NCBI GenBank assembly: GCA_030692925.1
Contig: JAUYBY010000101.1
Coordinates: 3,663 to 67,662, forward strand
Length of the DNA: 64,000 nucleotides
DNA from: Candidatus Zixiibacteriota bacterium
GTDB lineage: Bacteria > Zixibacteria > MSB-5A5 > RBG-16-43-9
Direction: 5' to 3'
The translations under genes and the position numbers were made by a program. The notes under the pieces were generated by a model. It did not search any database. It was not told the DNA's origin and saw nothing but the letters and a program-made list of their open reading frames with translations. Shown piece after piece: positions 10,771-21,207 of the stretch; position 1 is the first letter of the stretch; each line of letters begins with the position of its first letter.

Positions 10771-11598
10771 TTAAAAGTTAAAAGACACCCCGATCGAATT
10801 AATCCCTATTGTGGGTTGAACTGATAGCTTGTTTGATTCTGCATCTTTATTCTTATTGAGTCGAACAATGGTTTTTCCTACCCAGGTTCCAAGCACACCT
10901 CCGAAGAAAACATCTGAGGTGAAATGAACGTTGTCATTCACCCGAGCCCAGGCAGCTAAAAAAGCCAGGCTATAAGCAGCCCAATCGATGAGTCTGTTAT
11001 CATACTGCTCTGCGATTACCGAAGCTAAGGAAAAAGCCGTGGCTGCATGCCCGGAAGGAAAAGACTGAGAGTAAGAGGAAGGCGGGAATTTTAATGCTTC
11101 GAAATGGTAGGCTCCCTTATCCGCAAAAGGCCTGGCTCTACCCACAGTGTGTTTTATCACCTGAGTGATGCCCTGGGTGAACATTACCGACTCCAGAAGG
11201 TAAAGAGCGGTATCCTTTTCTTTTTTGCGTTTAAAGATCAGTCCGCCCAGATAGAAGCCTCCGATAACAAACCTGGGGTAGACTGTCTCCGGTGGAGTGA
11301 CCAGCTTTGCCAGATCGTTCGAGAAACGACTGCGGTTTCTCCGAGCGACCTTCTGCAGCTCCTCATCTGCCAGGAATAATCCGGCTGTTACCGAAGCTAT
11401 CAGAAGAAATTCTAACCTTTCTTTCTTATCCCAGTGAAAGGGCGAGAGAAAAAGGTTCTTGCCGTCATAGTAGAAATGTTTAACTGTACGATCTAAAATA
11501 TTGTCGCTATCAGCTCCCGAAGCAAGGACTCTTCCCGCGACAAAAATTAAACAAATAATAAGAAAGACCGAGAGAACAACTATCTTTACCCTTGACAT
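10771..11598 (-). CDS. PAP2-family phosphatase
   Basis: K....GRARP, SFPSGHA, ARVNDNVHFTSDV motifs. Confidence 0.88.
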   Translation of the reverse strand: MSRVKIVVLSVFLIICLIFVAGRVLASGADSDNILDRTVKHFYYDGKNLFLSPFHWDKKERLEFLLIASVTAGLFLADEELQKVARRNRSRFSNDLAKLVTPPETVYPRFVIGGFYLGGLIFKRKKEKDTALYLLESVMFTQGITQVIKHTVGRARPFADKGAYHFEALKFPPSSYSQSFPSGHAATAFSLASVIAEQYDNRLIDWAAYSLAFLAAWARVNDNVHFTSDVFFGGVLGTWVGKTIVRLNKNKDAESNKLSVQPTIGINSIGVSFNF

Positions 11599-11660
11599 CG
11601 AGGCATAATATATGTTAAAATAGGATTCAAATGCAAGCAGATATTTAAAGAGGAGAGCAT

Positions 11661-11990
11661 ATGGAGATAAAACCCCAACCCTTAAATGTGGAATTGGGCG
11701 AAAAAGAATCAGAGGGAATATATTCTAATTTAGCCTTAATCACCCATTCACCCTCAGAGATCATCATCGACTTTGCGCGGGTGATGCCCGGGATTCCCAA
11801 AGCCAGGGTCTATGCCAGAATCGTTATGACCCCGGCTCATGCCAAGCTGCTTTTGAATGCTCTGGATGACAACATCAAGAAATTCGAATCCCAGTTCGGG
11901 ACAATCAGGCTTTTCGGAAAAGAAGGAAAAGAGATCGGCTTTTCACGGGGATTGACCGATATCTCAGAACCTCCCAAGAAAGAGGATTAA
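11661..11990 (+). CDS. DUF3467-like protein
   Basis: EGIYSNLALITHSPSEIIIDF...RIVMTPAHAK pattern; GAGGAG RBS. Confidence 0.8.
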   Translation: MEIKPQPLNVELGEKESEGIYSNLALITHSPSEIIIDFARVMPGIPKARVYARIVMTPAHAKLLLNALDDNIKKFESQFGTIRLFGKEGKEIGFSRGLTDISEPPKKED

Positions 11991-12109
11991 TTGTAAATAT
12001 ATTGGTTGAGGCACTGGAGTATAAACCTTTAGGTTTATCTCTATGATTTTTCCTTCGACGGACCACAGGTAAAGCTGAAGCTTTACACTCCATTACATCT
12101 GTAATTTCA

Positions 12110-12289
12110 GCAGTTGCTCGATTTATCGAGTACAAAACATTGCCCAATAAATTGGGCGACTACAAAGAACTCTGTAGTTGCTCGATTTATCGAGCCAAAA
12201 CATTGCCCAATGAATTGGGCAACTACAAAGAACTCTGTAGTTGCTTGATTTATCAAGCAAAAAAATCGCCCAATAAATTGGGCAACTAC
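12110..12289. repeat. Three tandem GTAG-type REP doublets (period 63-64 bp)
   Basis: Unit GTAGTTGCTCGATTTATCGAGC...GCCCAATAAATTGGGCAACTAC repeated three times with an identical AAAGAACTCT linker. Confidence 0.9.
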
Positions 12290-12319
12290 AGTGAAGAACT
12301 TAAAAGAAAGGAACTCAAA

Positions 12320-14059
12320 GTGTCGAATAAAATAGGAAGTTTCACCTTCGTTTTACATTTTCATCTGCCCTACGTTATCGCTCACGGAAAATGGCCTCAC
12401 GGTATGGATTGGTTAAACGAAGCCGCGGCTGAGTGCTACATCCCCATCCTGAATATTTTAAATGAGCTAATAGCCGAAGGATATTCTCCCAAATTAACCC
12501 TGGGAATTACTCCGGTTTTGACCGAGCAGTTGTCTGACGAGTCTTTCAAGTCCGAGCTTTCCTCTTACCTGGAGCAGAAGATCAAAGCGGCAGAGATAGA
12601 CATTCAGGAGTTCACCCGTTATAACCGTGTCAATCTTCTCTCCTTAGCCCAGATGTGGAAAGACTATTATTCCAGGATAAAAAACGATTTCGAAAGCAGG
12701 TATAATCGAAATATAGTTAGAGCTTTTAAAAAGTTGCAGGACGAAGGACATATTGAAGTAATCACCTCTGCAGCTACCCATGGTTATTTACCTTTATTAT
12801 CACAGGATACCTCAGTCCAGGCTCAAGTTAAGCAGGGAGTTGCGACTTACCAGAAATTTTACGGCAGAAAACCCAGGGGAATCTGGCTTCCTGAATGTGC
12901 CTATCGTCCTCGATATAAATGGCTGCCACCGGTTCAGACAGAGGGAATAAAAGAACCTTATCCCCGTAAAGGAATAGATGAATTCCTGACTGAGAATGGA
13001 ATCGAATATTTTATAGTGGATTCTGCGCTTCTAAAAGGCGGAAAGGCTATAGGAGTCTATATTGACCGGTTTCAAGCTTTACAGCAGTTATGGGGACAGT
13101 TTGAAAAAGAATATAAGCCCAGGGAGGAGGAGCTGGACAAAACTCCAAGAGAAGTTTATTTGGTTTCCTCCTCAGTTGAGGGAAAAAAGCCGGTTGCCAT
13201 CTTCACCCGCGACCCGGAAACAGGCTTACAAGTCTGGAGCGGAGAATGGGGTTATCCTGGAGATGGGAACTACTTGGATTTTCATAAGAAACATTTTCCT
13301 GGAGGACACCGCTATTGGAAGGTGACTTCAGCTAAAAGTGATTTAGCAGACAAGTGGGAATATTATCCCAAAGATGCCCAGGCACGTGTTCCAGAAAACG
13401 CAAGCCATTATAAGGGAATAGTCAAGAGACTTTTGAGCGAATATCGTCAGAAGTCCGGAAAAAAGGGAATAGTCTGCGCACCTTATGATGCTGAGCTTTT
13501 TGGCCACTGGTGGTTTGAGGGAACCCAATTTTTAAAACTGGTGTTGAAATACATAGCAGATGATCCGGAATTGGAATTGACCACCTGCTCAGGATTTCTG
13601 GATGAAGTCAAACCCAGTCAGGTGATCTCCATACCTGAAGGCTCCTGGGGAGAAGGAGGTTATCATTACATCTGGCTCAACCAGTGGACCGAATGGACCT
13701 GGAAACATATCTATGAAGATGAGAAAAGGATGCAGAGTCTGGCCAGGAGGTTCAAGGAAACTAAAGATGAGAATCTGCTTAAAATCTTGAAACAAGCTGC
13801 CAGGGAGCTTTTGTTGTTGCAGGCTTCGGACTGGCAGTTTTTAATCTCCACCTGGAGCGCCAGAGATTATGCGGAGCTAAGGGTTTCCGAGCATCATCAG
13901 AATTTTAAAAGGCTTTCTGAGATGGCGGAAAAATATGGTAAAGGCGACTATGTAGACCAAGGCGAGTGGACTTTCTTAGGCGATTGCGAAGCCAGGGACA
14001 ATCTATTCAAAGAGATAAAGCTGGAATGGTTTGCTGAGGTAGAGTACCCGGTAGAATGA
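12320..14059 (+). CDS. GH57 1,4-alpha-glucan branching enzyme (DUF1957 C-terminus)
   Basis: LHFHLPY, ATHGYLPL, GIWLPECAY, YDAELFGHWWFEG, QASDWQF. Start placed at GTG 12320 because the ORF-track extension is translated REP repeat. Confidence 0.92.
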   Translation: MSNKIGSFTFVLHFHLPYVIAHGKWPHGMDWLNEAAAECYIPILNILNELIAEGYSPKLTLGITPVLTEQLSDESFKSELSSYLEQKIKAAEIDIQEFTRYNRVNLLSLAQMWKDYYSRIKNDFESRYNRNIVRAFKKLQDEGHIEVITSAATHGYLPLLSQDTSVQAQVKQGVATYQKFYGRKPRGIWLPECAYRPRYKWLPPVQTEGIKEPYPRKGIDEFLTENGIEYFIVDSALLKGGKAIGVYIDRFQALQQLWGQFEKEYKPREEELDKTPREVYLVSSSVEGKKPVAIFTRDPETGLQVWSGEWGYPGDGNYLDFHKKHFPGGHRYWKVTSAKSDLADKWEYYPKDAQARVPENASHYKGIVKRLLSEYRQKSGKKGIVCAPYDAELFGHWWFEGTQFLKLVLKYIADDPELELTTCSGFLDEVKPSQVISIPEGSWGEGGYHYIWLNQWTEWTWKHIYEDEKRMQSLARRFKETKDENLLKILKQAARELLLLQASDWQFLISTWSARDYAELRVSEHHQNFKRLSEMAEKYGKGDYVDQGEWTFLGDCEARDNLFKEIKLEWFAEVEYPVE

Positions 14060-14277
14060 AGTTTTTGTAGGGACAGAACACTGTTCTGTCCTTACATTTA
14101 TATCAATAAGAATGGAAGGCTGAAGCCTTCCGCTACACAAGAAATGTAGCGGAGGTCTTCAGACCTCCATCTTCTAGTAGACGTAGAGCGGCCCTTTCAG
14201 GGTCGCCAAAATATAAAGCGATGCTAAAAGTCTCAAGACCTTGACGGCCTCGCACTACGTCTTAACCCCTCCCCTAC

Positions 14278-14314
14278 AAAAAAAATCAGGGTGGAGATTT
14301 TATCTCCACCCTGA
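14278..14314 (-). terminator. Intrinsic terminator of the outer-membrane protein gene
   Basis: TCAGGGTGGAGAT-TTT-ATCTCCACCCTGA hairpin followed by a T-run on the minus strand. Confidence 0.8.
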
Positions 14315-14341
14315 AGTCATTAGTTCCTTAATCTGTAAGAG

Positions 14342-15553
14342 TTAGAATGTGAAAACGGCAGACACGGTCCCGAAAAGATTTCTTTGAATTCCGCTCAGCA
14401 AATAGGTACCTTCAAAGAAATTATCCTCGCCAATAGTAGCATCCACCTGGAACTTGGAGAACTTGAATCCCACACCCAGACCGATGAAATCCTGAGAACT
14501 CGGGCTGGAGAAACGCCCTTTCTCTTCGAAGAAAAAGGCTGAATTGGAGGGGTGCCATTTATCCTCGAAGCGTCCGAACTCTTTTTCCATTCCCATCCTG
14601 GCGGTTAGCCATTTGGTCAGCTCATATTCCACCCCCAAGTTGAAACCGGGCATAAACCACTCGGTGTATTCATCGGTGATAAATGTGGTATCCGTCTCAT
14701 CTGTCCATCTCATCCGGGTAAGGTTCAACCCACCTACTACCATCCCTTTATCCAGCTTAAGATTTCCACCTAAACCGACGATGAAAAAGCTCTCTTTAAA
14801 ATCTCCAGTAGAAGAATTCCCTGCCTCGGCACCGGTTCCTTTTAAGGAGATAGATTCACTGCCGAAAGCAAACAGTGGAACCATCTGGAAATCATCTGTG
14901 ACCTGGAAAAACCCTCTGGCGCCAAACTGAATCCCGTTTCCACCGTCAGTCTCTAAAGTACTGGTGGCTCCTGCATCAGTATTAGTCAGCTTTCCGCGGT
15001 CAAAATTAAGTCTCAGCATACCTTCGATCTCATGTTTTTCCATCAGATTGAAAACAAAACCACCGGTGAGCGCTGTGTTCCCGGATGAATTTTCCTCCGA
15101 ATAATCAACTCCATTTTTGTATTCCTGTTTGTTCCCGGCATGATACAGACTTATGCCTAAACGGAGCTTTTCAAAATCGTAGGATGCCATAAGGTCAAAT
15201 GGATTTATCGGGCTGGGGAAACGATAATAATTAAAATCCGTGGAAACAAACCGGTTCAGGGTCAGACCTAAGGATAATCCTTTATACAGCTTGTAATTTA
15301 TTCCTAAGAATTGATCTTCCGGGGTAAACTGCTCAGTTCCCTTTTCAAAACTGTTGTAGAATCCCAGCTCTCCGTAGACCGTGTTAGTGTACATCCCTAA
15401 ATAGGCAGGGTTGGCGTAGATGTGATAAACGTCCTTGAAGAAATAGTCTGCGTTACCCAGACTTCTGATGCGAGCCAAAGTTGCAAACGCAGAACTGCCG
15501 ATCAAAATCACGAGAAGCAGTGTCACAGTTGAAAGTAGTATAAAGCGTTTCAT
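14342..15553 (-). CDS. Outer-membrane beta-barrel protein
   Basis: Signal peptide (AFA), alternating amphipathic strands, C-terminal Phe. Confidence 0.75.
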   Translation of the reverse strand: MKRFILLSTVTLLLVILIGSSAFATLARIRSLGNADYFFKDVYHIYANPAYLGMYTNTVYGELGFYNSFEKGTEQFTPEDQFLGINYKLYKGLSLGLTLNRFVSTDFNYYRFPSPINPFDLMASYDFEKLRLGISLYHAGNKQEYKNGVDYSEENSSGNTALTGGFVFNLMEKHEIEGMLRLNFDRGKLTNTDAGATSTLETDGGNGIQFGARGFFQVTDDFQMVPLFAFGSESISLKGTGAEAGNSSTGDFKESFFIVGLGGNLKLDKGMVVGGLNLTRMRWTDETDTTFITDEYTEWFMPGFNLGVEYELTKWLTARMGMEKEFGRFEDKWHPSNSAFFFEEKGRFSSPSSQDFIGLGVGFKFSKFQVDATIGEDNFFEGTYLLSGIQRNLFGTVSAVFTF

Positions 15554-15909
15554 TCTTTCCTCCTCTTTTGTTAGATTCCATTCAGTTAGCTAACCTTTTA
15601 CTTTTATCCCATCACCTCCTTAAAGTAACCAGGTTAGAATTTGATAAATTGTTATTAAATAACTCCACCTTCTCCTTTTGTCAAGTAAAAAATCATCTTT
15701 TTTTTAAAATATCCACTCTATTTATTAGTTTGTTTACGTAGAACCAATCTTCAAGTTTGATATTTTTTTCACAAATATTAACTGCATTCACGTTTTTTTC
15801 GCTTCCGTCCGAATTTGTCCAGGATGGATCCAATCGGAGATCCATCGGATTGGTGCCCCCGCCAACGAAATTTGCCCGTTGGTCTGGAGACCAACCAGGA
15901 GCAATTTCT

Positions 15910-17259
15910 CTAAAATTCAGTTTTCCCGGTGAACTTGAAATTCTTGATCAGCATAGCCGGAGTGACAATGGCGCCTATATCTCCCCACCAGGGAACAGCT
16001 ATTTTCCTTTGCCTGGAGATCAAAGAGATATTGGAAAAGGCTTTGAGCATGCTTTCGGTAAAACGCAGGTTCTTCACCCCGTATTTCACTTTTCCATTTT
16101 CGATCCAGAACGTTCCGTCCCTGGTCATGCCGGTCATCAAAGCGTTTTTGGTATCCAGGTAGCCATTAATATAATGAAACCGGGTAACCAGCAGCCCTTT
16201 TTCCAGAGATTCGATCATCTTCTTTAAGGATGAATCTCCAGACCTTACAAATAGATTCAAAGGTATGGGTCCTTCTGTGGCGGGCGGAGGAAGTGAATGC
16301 CCGGTGGATTTAACTTTATCCTTATACGCTGTCTGGGAATCGTAGACCAAACCTTTGGCTACACCTTTTTCGATAAATATCACTTTCTTCTTGGGAACAC
16401 CCTCGAAATCAAAGGGAAAGGGGACTCCGCTTTCATCTGTGCCGTCATCTAAAAGGGTGAAGTTCTCTGACATAATCTTCTTTCCCATCTTACCGCATAG
16501 GAAACCTGTCCCCTCTTGGTACTGCTTGGCACCTAAGCCTATTGTGCAGAGCCATTCGAGCAGATTCCCGACTGCGGCTGGCTCGAGAATGACGTCATAT
16601 TCACCCGGTTCTATCCCCTTCGGTTTTTTAGAATCCAGACATTTCTGGATTGCAGTCTGGGTTAATTCCTCGAAATCTATCAGGCTGACGTCCCGGTTCA
16701 GACCCTCAGCATACCCGGAGCTATCGTCTGACATTGCCACTAAGTTTATGCTGGCAGAAGTCAGGGGCTGATAGGCAGAAAGTCCATGGCTGCTCAGGAC
16801 AGCGATCTCAGATTGACCCGTGGAAAATGAACCGGCAACTGTAAGCTTCTGCTTTGTGGCTTCATCACAGATATTCTTGACAATCTCGGCTCTCTGGATC
16901 GGAGAGAAATCAGCAGTCTTTTTGAAATAGGTTTTAAGCTTTACGCTTTTCTGTTTATCCGGAATCCCGGGAAAATCAGGATTTTCCCTTTGATGCGAGG
17001 CAATCTGCTGGGCTGAAGATAAAGTCTTGAGCAGGTCATCTTTTTTAAAGGAATTTGTGGAACAGACCCCTATCTTTTTGCCCAGTGCGACTCTGAAGAA
17101 AACTTTACTGTTATGCTCTGAAACGTTCTGGTGGATGTAAGAGTTAGCATATCTTGTCAGTCCACTCTCGCCCCCGATGTATAAAGCCTCGGACTGATCT
17201 GCCTCTGATTTTTTTAAAACCGAATTCAAAATCTCCAAGATTTTTTCTTTACCGATCAT
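15910..17259 (-). CDS. TldD/PmbA family protein (TldE/PmbA-like partner)
   Basis: TRYANSYIHQN, EPGEYDVILEP, PFDFEG, STGH, TGMTRDG; lacks the HExxxH motif. Confidence 0.88.
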   Translation of the reverse strand: MIGKEKILEILNSVLKKSEADQSEALYIGGESGLTRYANSYIHQNVSEHNSKVFFRVALGKKIGVCSTNSFKKDDLLKTLSSAQQIASHQRENPDFPGIPDKQKSVKLKTYFKKTADFSPIQRAEIVKNICDEATKQKLTVAGSFSTGQSEIAVLSSHGLSAYQPLTSASINLVAMSDDSSGYAEGLNRDVSLIDFEELTQTAIQKCLDSKKPKGIEPGEYDVILEPAAVGNLLEWLCTIGLGAKQYQEGTGFLCGKMGKKIMSENFTLLDDGTDESGVPFPFDFEGVPKKKVIFIEKGVAKGLVYDSQTAYKDKVKSTGHSLPPPATEGPIPLNLFVRSGDSSLKKMIESLEKGLLVTRFHYINGYLDTKNALMTGMTRDGTFWIENGKVKYGVKNLRFTESMLKAFSNISLISRQRKIAVPWWGDIGAIVTPAMLIKNFKFTGKTEF

Positions 17260-18698
17260 CTGCTTACTCCCACTTTGACATTTCTAAACCTGGCTGGAGC
17301 TGCCCCGTGAGCCACGTGCATAGTCTGCATCGGCTCTCCTTTTCCGCAGTTAGGCAGTCCCCAGACATGCCAGTGATTCCGGTTGCAAACCGCATCGCAG
17401 CTATTCCAGAACTCCGGGGTAATCCCGGTATAGACCGCATTCTTATGCATCCTTCCCTTTTTCCCGTCTTTAATCTCCCAGGCAGCCTCAACTCCGAACT
17501 GGAAATTCAGTCTTTTATCATCGATGGACCAGCTTTTGTTCATATCTAAAAGGAACCCGTCTTTTGTGTCGGCAATGAGATTATCCAGTTCCCATTCTCC
17601 GGGCTCTAAGTTGATATTGGTCATTCTTATCAAGGGTATCCGGTTCCAGCCCTCAGCTCGCATTGTTCCGTTGCTTTTCTGATTGAGCACCCGGGCGGTC
17701 TCCCTGGAGGTGAGGTAACCTACGAAAATTCCGTTTTTAACCAGCTCGACCCTCTGGGCTTTTACCCCTTCATCGTCATAGCCGAAGCTGCCTAATCCCC
17801 CTTCCAAGGTGGCATCTGCAGTTATACTCACTTTACCCGAACCATATTTTAGTTTGTTTAGCTTGTCTAAAGTCATAAAACTGCTGCCAGCCAAACTTAC
17901 CTCTGTTCCTAAAACCCGATCTAACTCAGTCGGGTGCCCGCACGACTCGTGCACCTGCAGAGCCATCTGCGAGCCGGTGATTATCAAAGTGGTATCTTTA
18001 TCCGGACACGCAGGTGCAGAGAGAAGCTCAATCGCCTCTTCCCTTACCCGGTCTGCGTTTTCCGCTAAGTTCAATCCCTGAATGAACTCATACCCGCGGG
18101 TAGCATAATCCCCGCGATGAGAGTTAGGATAACACCTTCTCTGAACTTCATTCCCGTTTACTGCTGTAGCCAAAATACCTGCCCCGCTTTCCAGTATCGA
18201 TTGGCGGATAAAAGCTCCCTCAGTCGAGGCGAATAGCTTTTCGGTTTTGTGAAAATCCATGCTCCCCTCCGCCACCTTGATCTTGTCATTTTTCCGCAAC
18301 AGTTCAGTTGCTTTGAGTAAAAGCTCAATTTTCTCCTCCAGCGGAACCTTGAATGGGTCGATCTCATATTTCGAAATATACTGGTCTTCAAAAACTTCAG
18401 TAGGACTTAACCTGGCTAATTCTTTTTTGATTATGGAGCTGGCTTTAGCTATCTCTAAAGCTTTGTTAGCTACCCTTTTCATCTCAGCCGGTGAAAGTAC
18501 GGAACTGGAAGCAAAACCCCAGGCTCCGTTGGCGATTATGCGTATACCAAAACCCTGATCTTCATCGCAGGAAATCCCTTCTATGTTTCCGTTTTTTACC
18601 TCGATGTTTTCGGTAACCCTGTGGATTTGTCTGATATCCGCATACTCTACCTTTTTTCTTTTCAGAAACTCCAGTGTCTCCTTTATTGCCTCTTTCAA
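17256..18698 (-). CDS. tldD: TldD family metalloprotease
   Basis: QVHESCGHPTELD, YDDEG, RMTN, CGKG. Confidence 0.88.
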   Translation of the reverse strand: MKEAIKETLEFLKRKKVEYADIRQIHRVTENIEVKNGNIEGISCDEDQGFGIRIIANGAWGFASSSVLSPAEMKRVANKALEIAKASSIIKKELARLSPTEVFEDQYISKYEIDPFKVPLEEKIELLLKATELLRKNDKIKVAEGSMDFHKTEKLFASTEGAFIRQSILESGAGILATAVNGNEVQRRCYPNSHRGDYATRGYEFIQGLNLAENADRVREEAIELLSAPACPDKDTTLIITGSQMALQVHESCGHPTELDRVLGTEVSLAGSSFMTLDKLNKLKYGSGKVSITADATLEGGLGSFGYDDEGVKAQRVELVKNGIFVGYLTSRETARVLNQKSNGTMRAEGWNRIPLIRMTNINLEPGEWELDNLIADTKDGFLLDMNKSWSIDDKRLNFQFGVEAAWEIKDGKKGRMHKNAVYTGITPEFWNSCDAVCNRNHWHVWGLPNCGKGEPMQTMHVAHGAAPARFRNVKVGVSR

Positions 18699-18896
18699 AC
18701 TTCCTCCTTTACCAAAGCTTGAACTAAATCTAAAAAATCGCTGTAATCTATAAGCCCTGTTTCAGGTTGTCAAGTCAAATTAGATTCTTTTCTAAGTTTT
18801 CAGATTAATTTTGTCTAGATTAATCAAAGTGGAGTATAAAGCTTTAGCTTTATCTTCAATCAACTGGGGAAAAATCAATTTGATAAACCTAAAGGT

Positions 18897-19814
18897 TTAT
18901 ACTCCAATGTTTTTTCCCAGAAACATCTCAATCCCTGAGAATCTGCTTTTCATACCTGCAAGGAAATTAGCATATTCACAAGAAAGTTCAGTGTTACTGG
19001 TTTTGAGATAAGCCAAAAGGAAACCCGATGAGAAAACGTCTCCACAGCCTGTAGGGTCTACAAAATCTCTCACTTTTAAAGCAGATGTCTGGTAACGGAT
19101 TATTTTTTTACTTTTTTTGTAGTAGAGCAAAGCTCCTTTTCTTCCGCGGGTAACCAGTAAGATATCAGGACCAAGATTTAAAATTGTCCGTGCAAATTCC
19201 TTCATCTCATTTTCTGGTTTCAGATGACTCCCCGATATTATTTGCATCTCTTTGAAGTTCATCTGAACTATATCTGCTATTTTCAGATATTCTCTCCATA
19301 AAGCTGGAGCTTTAAAAAATCTTTTACCGTTTTTTGTAATTCCTAATATTAAAGAATGCACATCTATGAAGATTGGAGAGTGAGTCTTTGCTTTTATCTT
19401 TCTAAGAGTATCCAGACCTATGTCGAAACCGGAGATAAAATTAATCAGGAGGTAATCGCTATCAAGATATGGTTTGACCTGATGAAACTCAATTTTCGGG
19501 ACCAAATTTTTTAAGATTTCCTTTTTGTGCCATCTTCGGTCATAGAAAAGGTGGACATGGTTATTCTTCCCTCCTACTCTGGATATTCCGCTCAGCTCGA
19601 TATTGTCAAACTCTTTTAAATAGAAGATTACTCTTTTATAAATGTCAGACCCCAAATTGCACACAGGTGAGATTATAATGTCTTGCTGAGTTGCTTGTGC
19701 CAGGGGAAGAACGTTGTAAAGGATGCCGCCGAAACTTCTGGTTACCTTTCCATTCGGAAAAGTAATTGTGTCTTTTGTAATTGTTCCGATAACTGCCAGT
19801 TTAATCGGTCTCAT
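18897..19814 (-). CDS. PfkB-family carbohydrate kinase
   Basis: AVIGTITKD, SFGG, DPTGCGDVF; start placed at ATG 19814 because the upstream extension is REP sequence. Confidence 0.85.
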   Translation of the reverse strand: MRPIKLAVIGTITKDTITFPNGKVTRSFGGILYNVLPLAQATQQDIIISPVCNLGSDIYKRVIFYLKEFDNIELSGISRVGGKNNHVHLFYDRRWHKKEILKNLVPKIEFHQVKPYLDSDYLLINFISGFDIGLDTLRKIKAKTHSPIFIDVHSLILGITKNGKRFFKAPALWREYLKIADIVQMNFKEMQIISGSHLKPENEMKEFARTILNLGPDILLVTRGRKGALLYYKKSKKIIRYQTSALKVRDFVDPTGCGDVFSSGFLLAYLKTSNTELSCEYANFLAGMKSRFSGIEMFLGKNIGV

Positions 19815-19879
19815 AATGAATCGAAAACCCAGACTGGAGTGTAAAACTTTAGTTTTACTTTTTGATTCAATCGGCAAAC

Positions 19880-20914
19880 CTAAAGGTTCGCACTCCAAAC
19901 TTTCGCCACTCCCTCAAAAACCTCCGCCGCCGTAATCTCTTTCATACATCTGAAATGCTTTTCCGGACATTTTTTTCTTCCGTGAATGCCGCAGGGCCGG
20001 CAGTAAAGTTTTTTCTGAATAACCACGTCATTTTTACCAGTGGGCGCAAAACCGAACTCCGGAATGGTTGATCCGAAAATGGCCACTACTGGGACCCTCA
20101 TCGCCACCGCTATGTGCATAGGTGCGGTATCATTGGATAAGATTACATGGCATCTGGAAATCAAAGCTGCAGACTGCAGAGGTGAGGTTTTGCCTGCAGC
20201 TATCAAAGGTTTACTTTTCATATTACTGGCAATCTCCAGACAGAGCTTTTCATCTTCCTTTCCACCAGTGAAGATGACTTTTACGCCCAGTTTTTCAATC
20301 AGAGATTCTGCCACCTCACCAAATCTTTCAGGCAGCCATCTTTTGGTATTCCAGACCGAGCCAGGTGCTATACCTACTATTTTATCTTCTTTCTTGACAT
20401 CCCAGCTTATAAAAAGCTCTTCTATATATTTAAAATCATCCTCAGATGGAAAAAGCTCAGGCAAACAGTCGTTTTCTGGGGGCATATCTGTTTCCAGAAG
20501 AGAAAGATTCCTTTTAGACTCTGGCTGGTTCTGAATATATTTTATCTTTTGAGTAAAAAGAAAAGCTCCAGAGCTTTTATCAAAACCTATTCTCTGCGGA
20601 ATTCTCGCAAGATAAGCTAAGAGAGCGCTACGAAAAGAACGGTGAGGAATAAAAGCCAGATCAAAACCTGAGGCTCTAATTTTTTTCGCCAGGGCAAGGA
20701 AACTGGAAACTCCCTTCTCTTTGTTCTTTTTATCATAGACAATGACCCCGTCTAGATCTGGATTATTCTGCAAAAGCTCCTTCGTCTGCGGAATGAGCAG
20801 GAAAAAGATTTTCGAGTGCGGATATTTTCTTTTTACCGCCTTTATTAAAGGGGTAGTCAGAACCACATCTCCTAAAAAAGCGGTCTGGATGATAAATATT
20901 TTTTGAGGATTCAT
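19880..20914 (-). CDS. waaF: LPS heptosyltransferase II (GT9)
   Basis: QTAFLGDVVLT, APGSVWNTKRW, NDTAPMH, AIFGST, CRPC...CP..HFRCM. Confidence 0.85.
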   Translation of the reverse strand: MNPQKIFIIQTAFLGDVVLTTPLIKAVKRKYPHSKIFFLLIPQTKELLQNNPDLDGVIVYDKKNKEKGVSSFLALAKKIRASGFDLAFIPHRSFRSALLAYLARIPQRIGFDKSSGAFLFTQKIKYIQNQPESKRNLSLLETDMPPENDCLPELFPSEDDFKYIEELFISWDVKKEDKIVGIAPGSVWNTKRWLPERFGEVAESLIEKLGVKVIFTGGKEDEKLCLEIASNMKSKPLIAAGKTSPLQSAALISRCHVILSNDTAPMHIAVAMRVPVVAIFGSTIPEFGFAPTGKNDVVIQKKLYCRPCGIHGRKKCPEKHFRCMKEITAAEVFEGVAKVWSANL

Positions 20915-21043
20915 AAACTAAGCAAGAGGGCTTTTAGGAGAACCCTCAACGATCATCAGTACCAAAATCCATCCCCGTATGAAAAGAATTTTCTTCAACC
21001 AAATCCTCCTGCGACACTGAAAAGGGGTGTTGAGAAAAACACT

Positions 21044-21127
21044 GTGTCATTCTGGGGGAGTTCGTTTCTGGCGTATTGATTAATATGAAGATTCTTCGTC
21101 GCGCCCTCGGCGGACTCAGAATGACAC
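21044..21127. repeat. GTCATT-type palindromic intergenic repeat
   Basis: GTGTCATTCTG...AGATTCTTCG...CTCAGAATGACAC; relatives at 25434-25507 and 26589-26677. Confidence 0.75.
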
Positions 21128-21207
21128 TCTATTTGCATCAGTTTTTCAACAATTCCTAAAAGCGTCACTCTACGAAATCCATTCTTCAATTTTTCATTTT
21201 ACATTTG

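Noticed and set aside
12110-12289. Possible CRISPR array
   Set aside because: Linkers are short and identical, units are paired inverted REP palindromes, and no cas genes are present.
12140-12319. Repetitive N-terminal extension of the GH57 ORF
   Set aside because: It is translated REP repeat; family-like sequence starts at GTG 12320 after an AAAGGA RBS.
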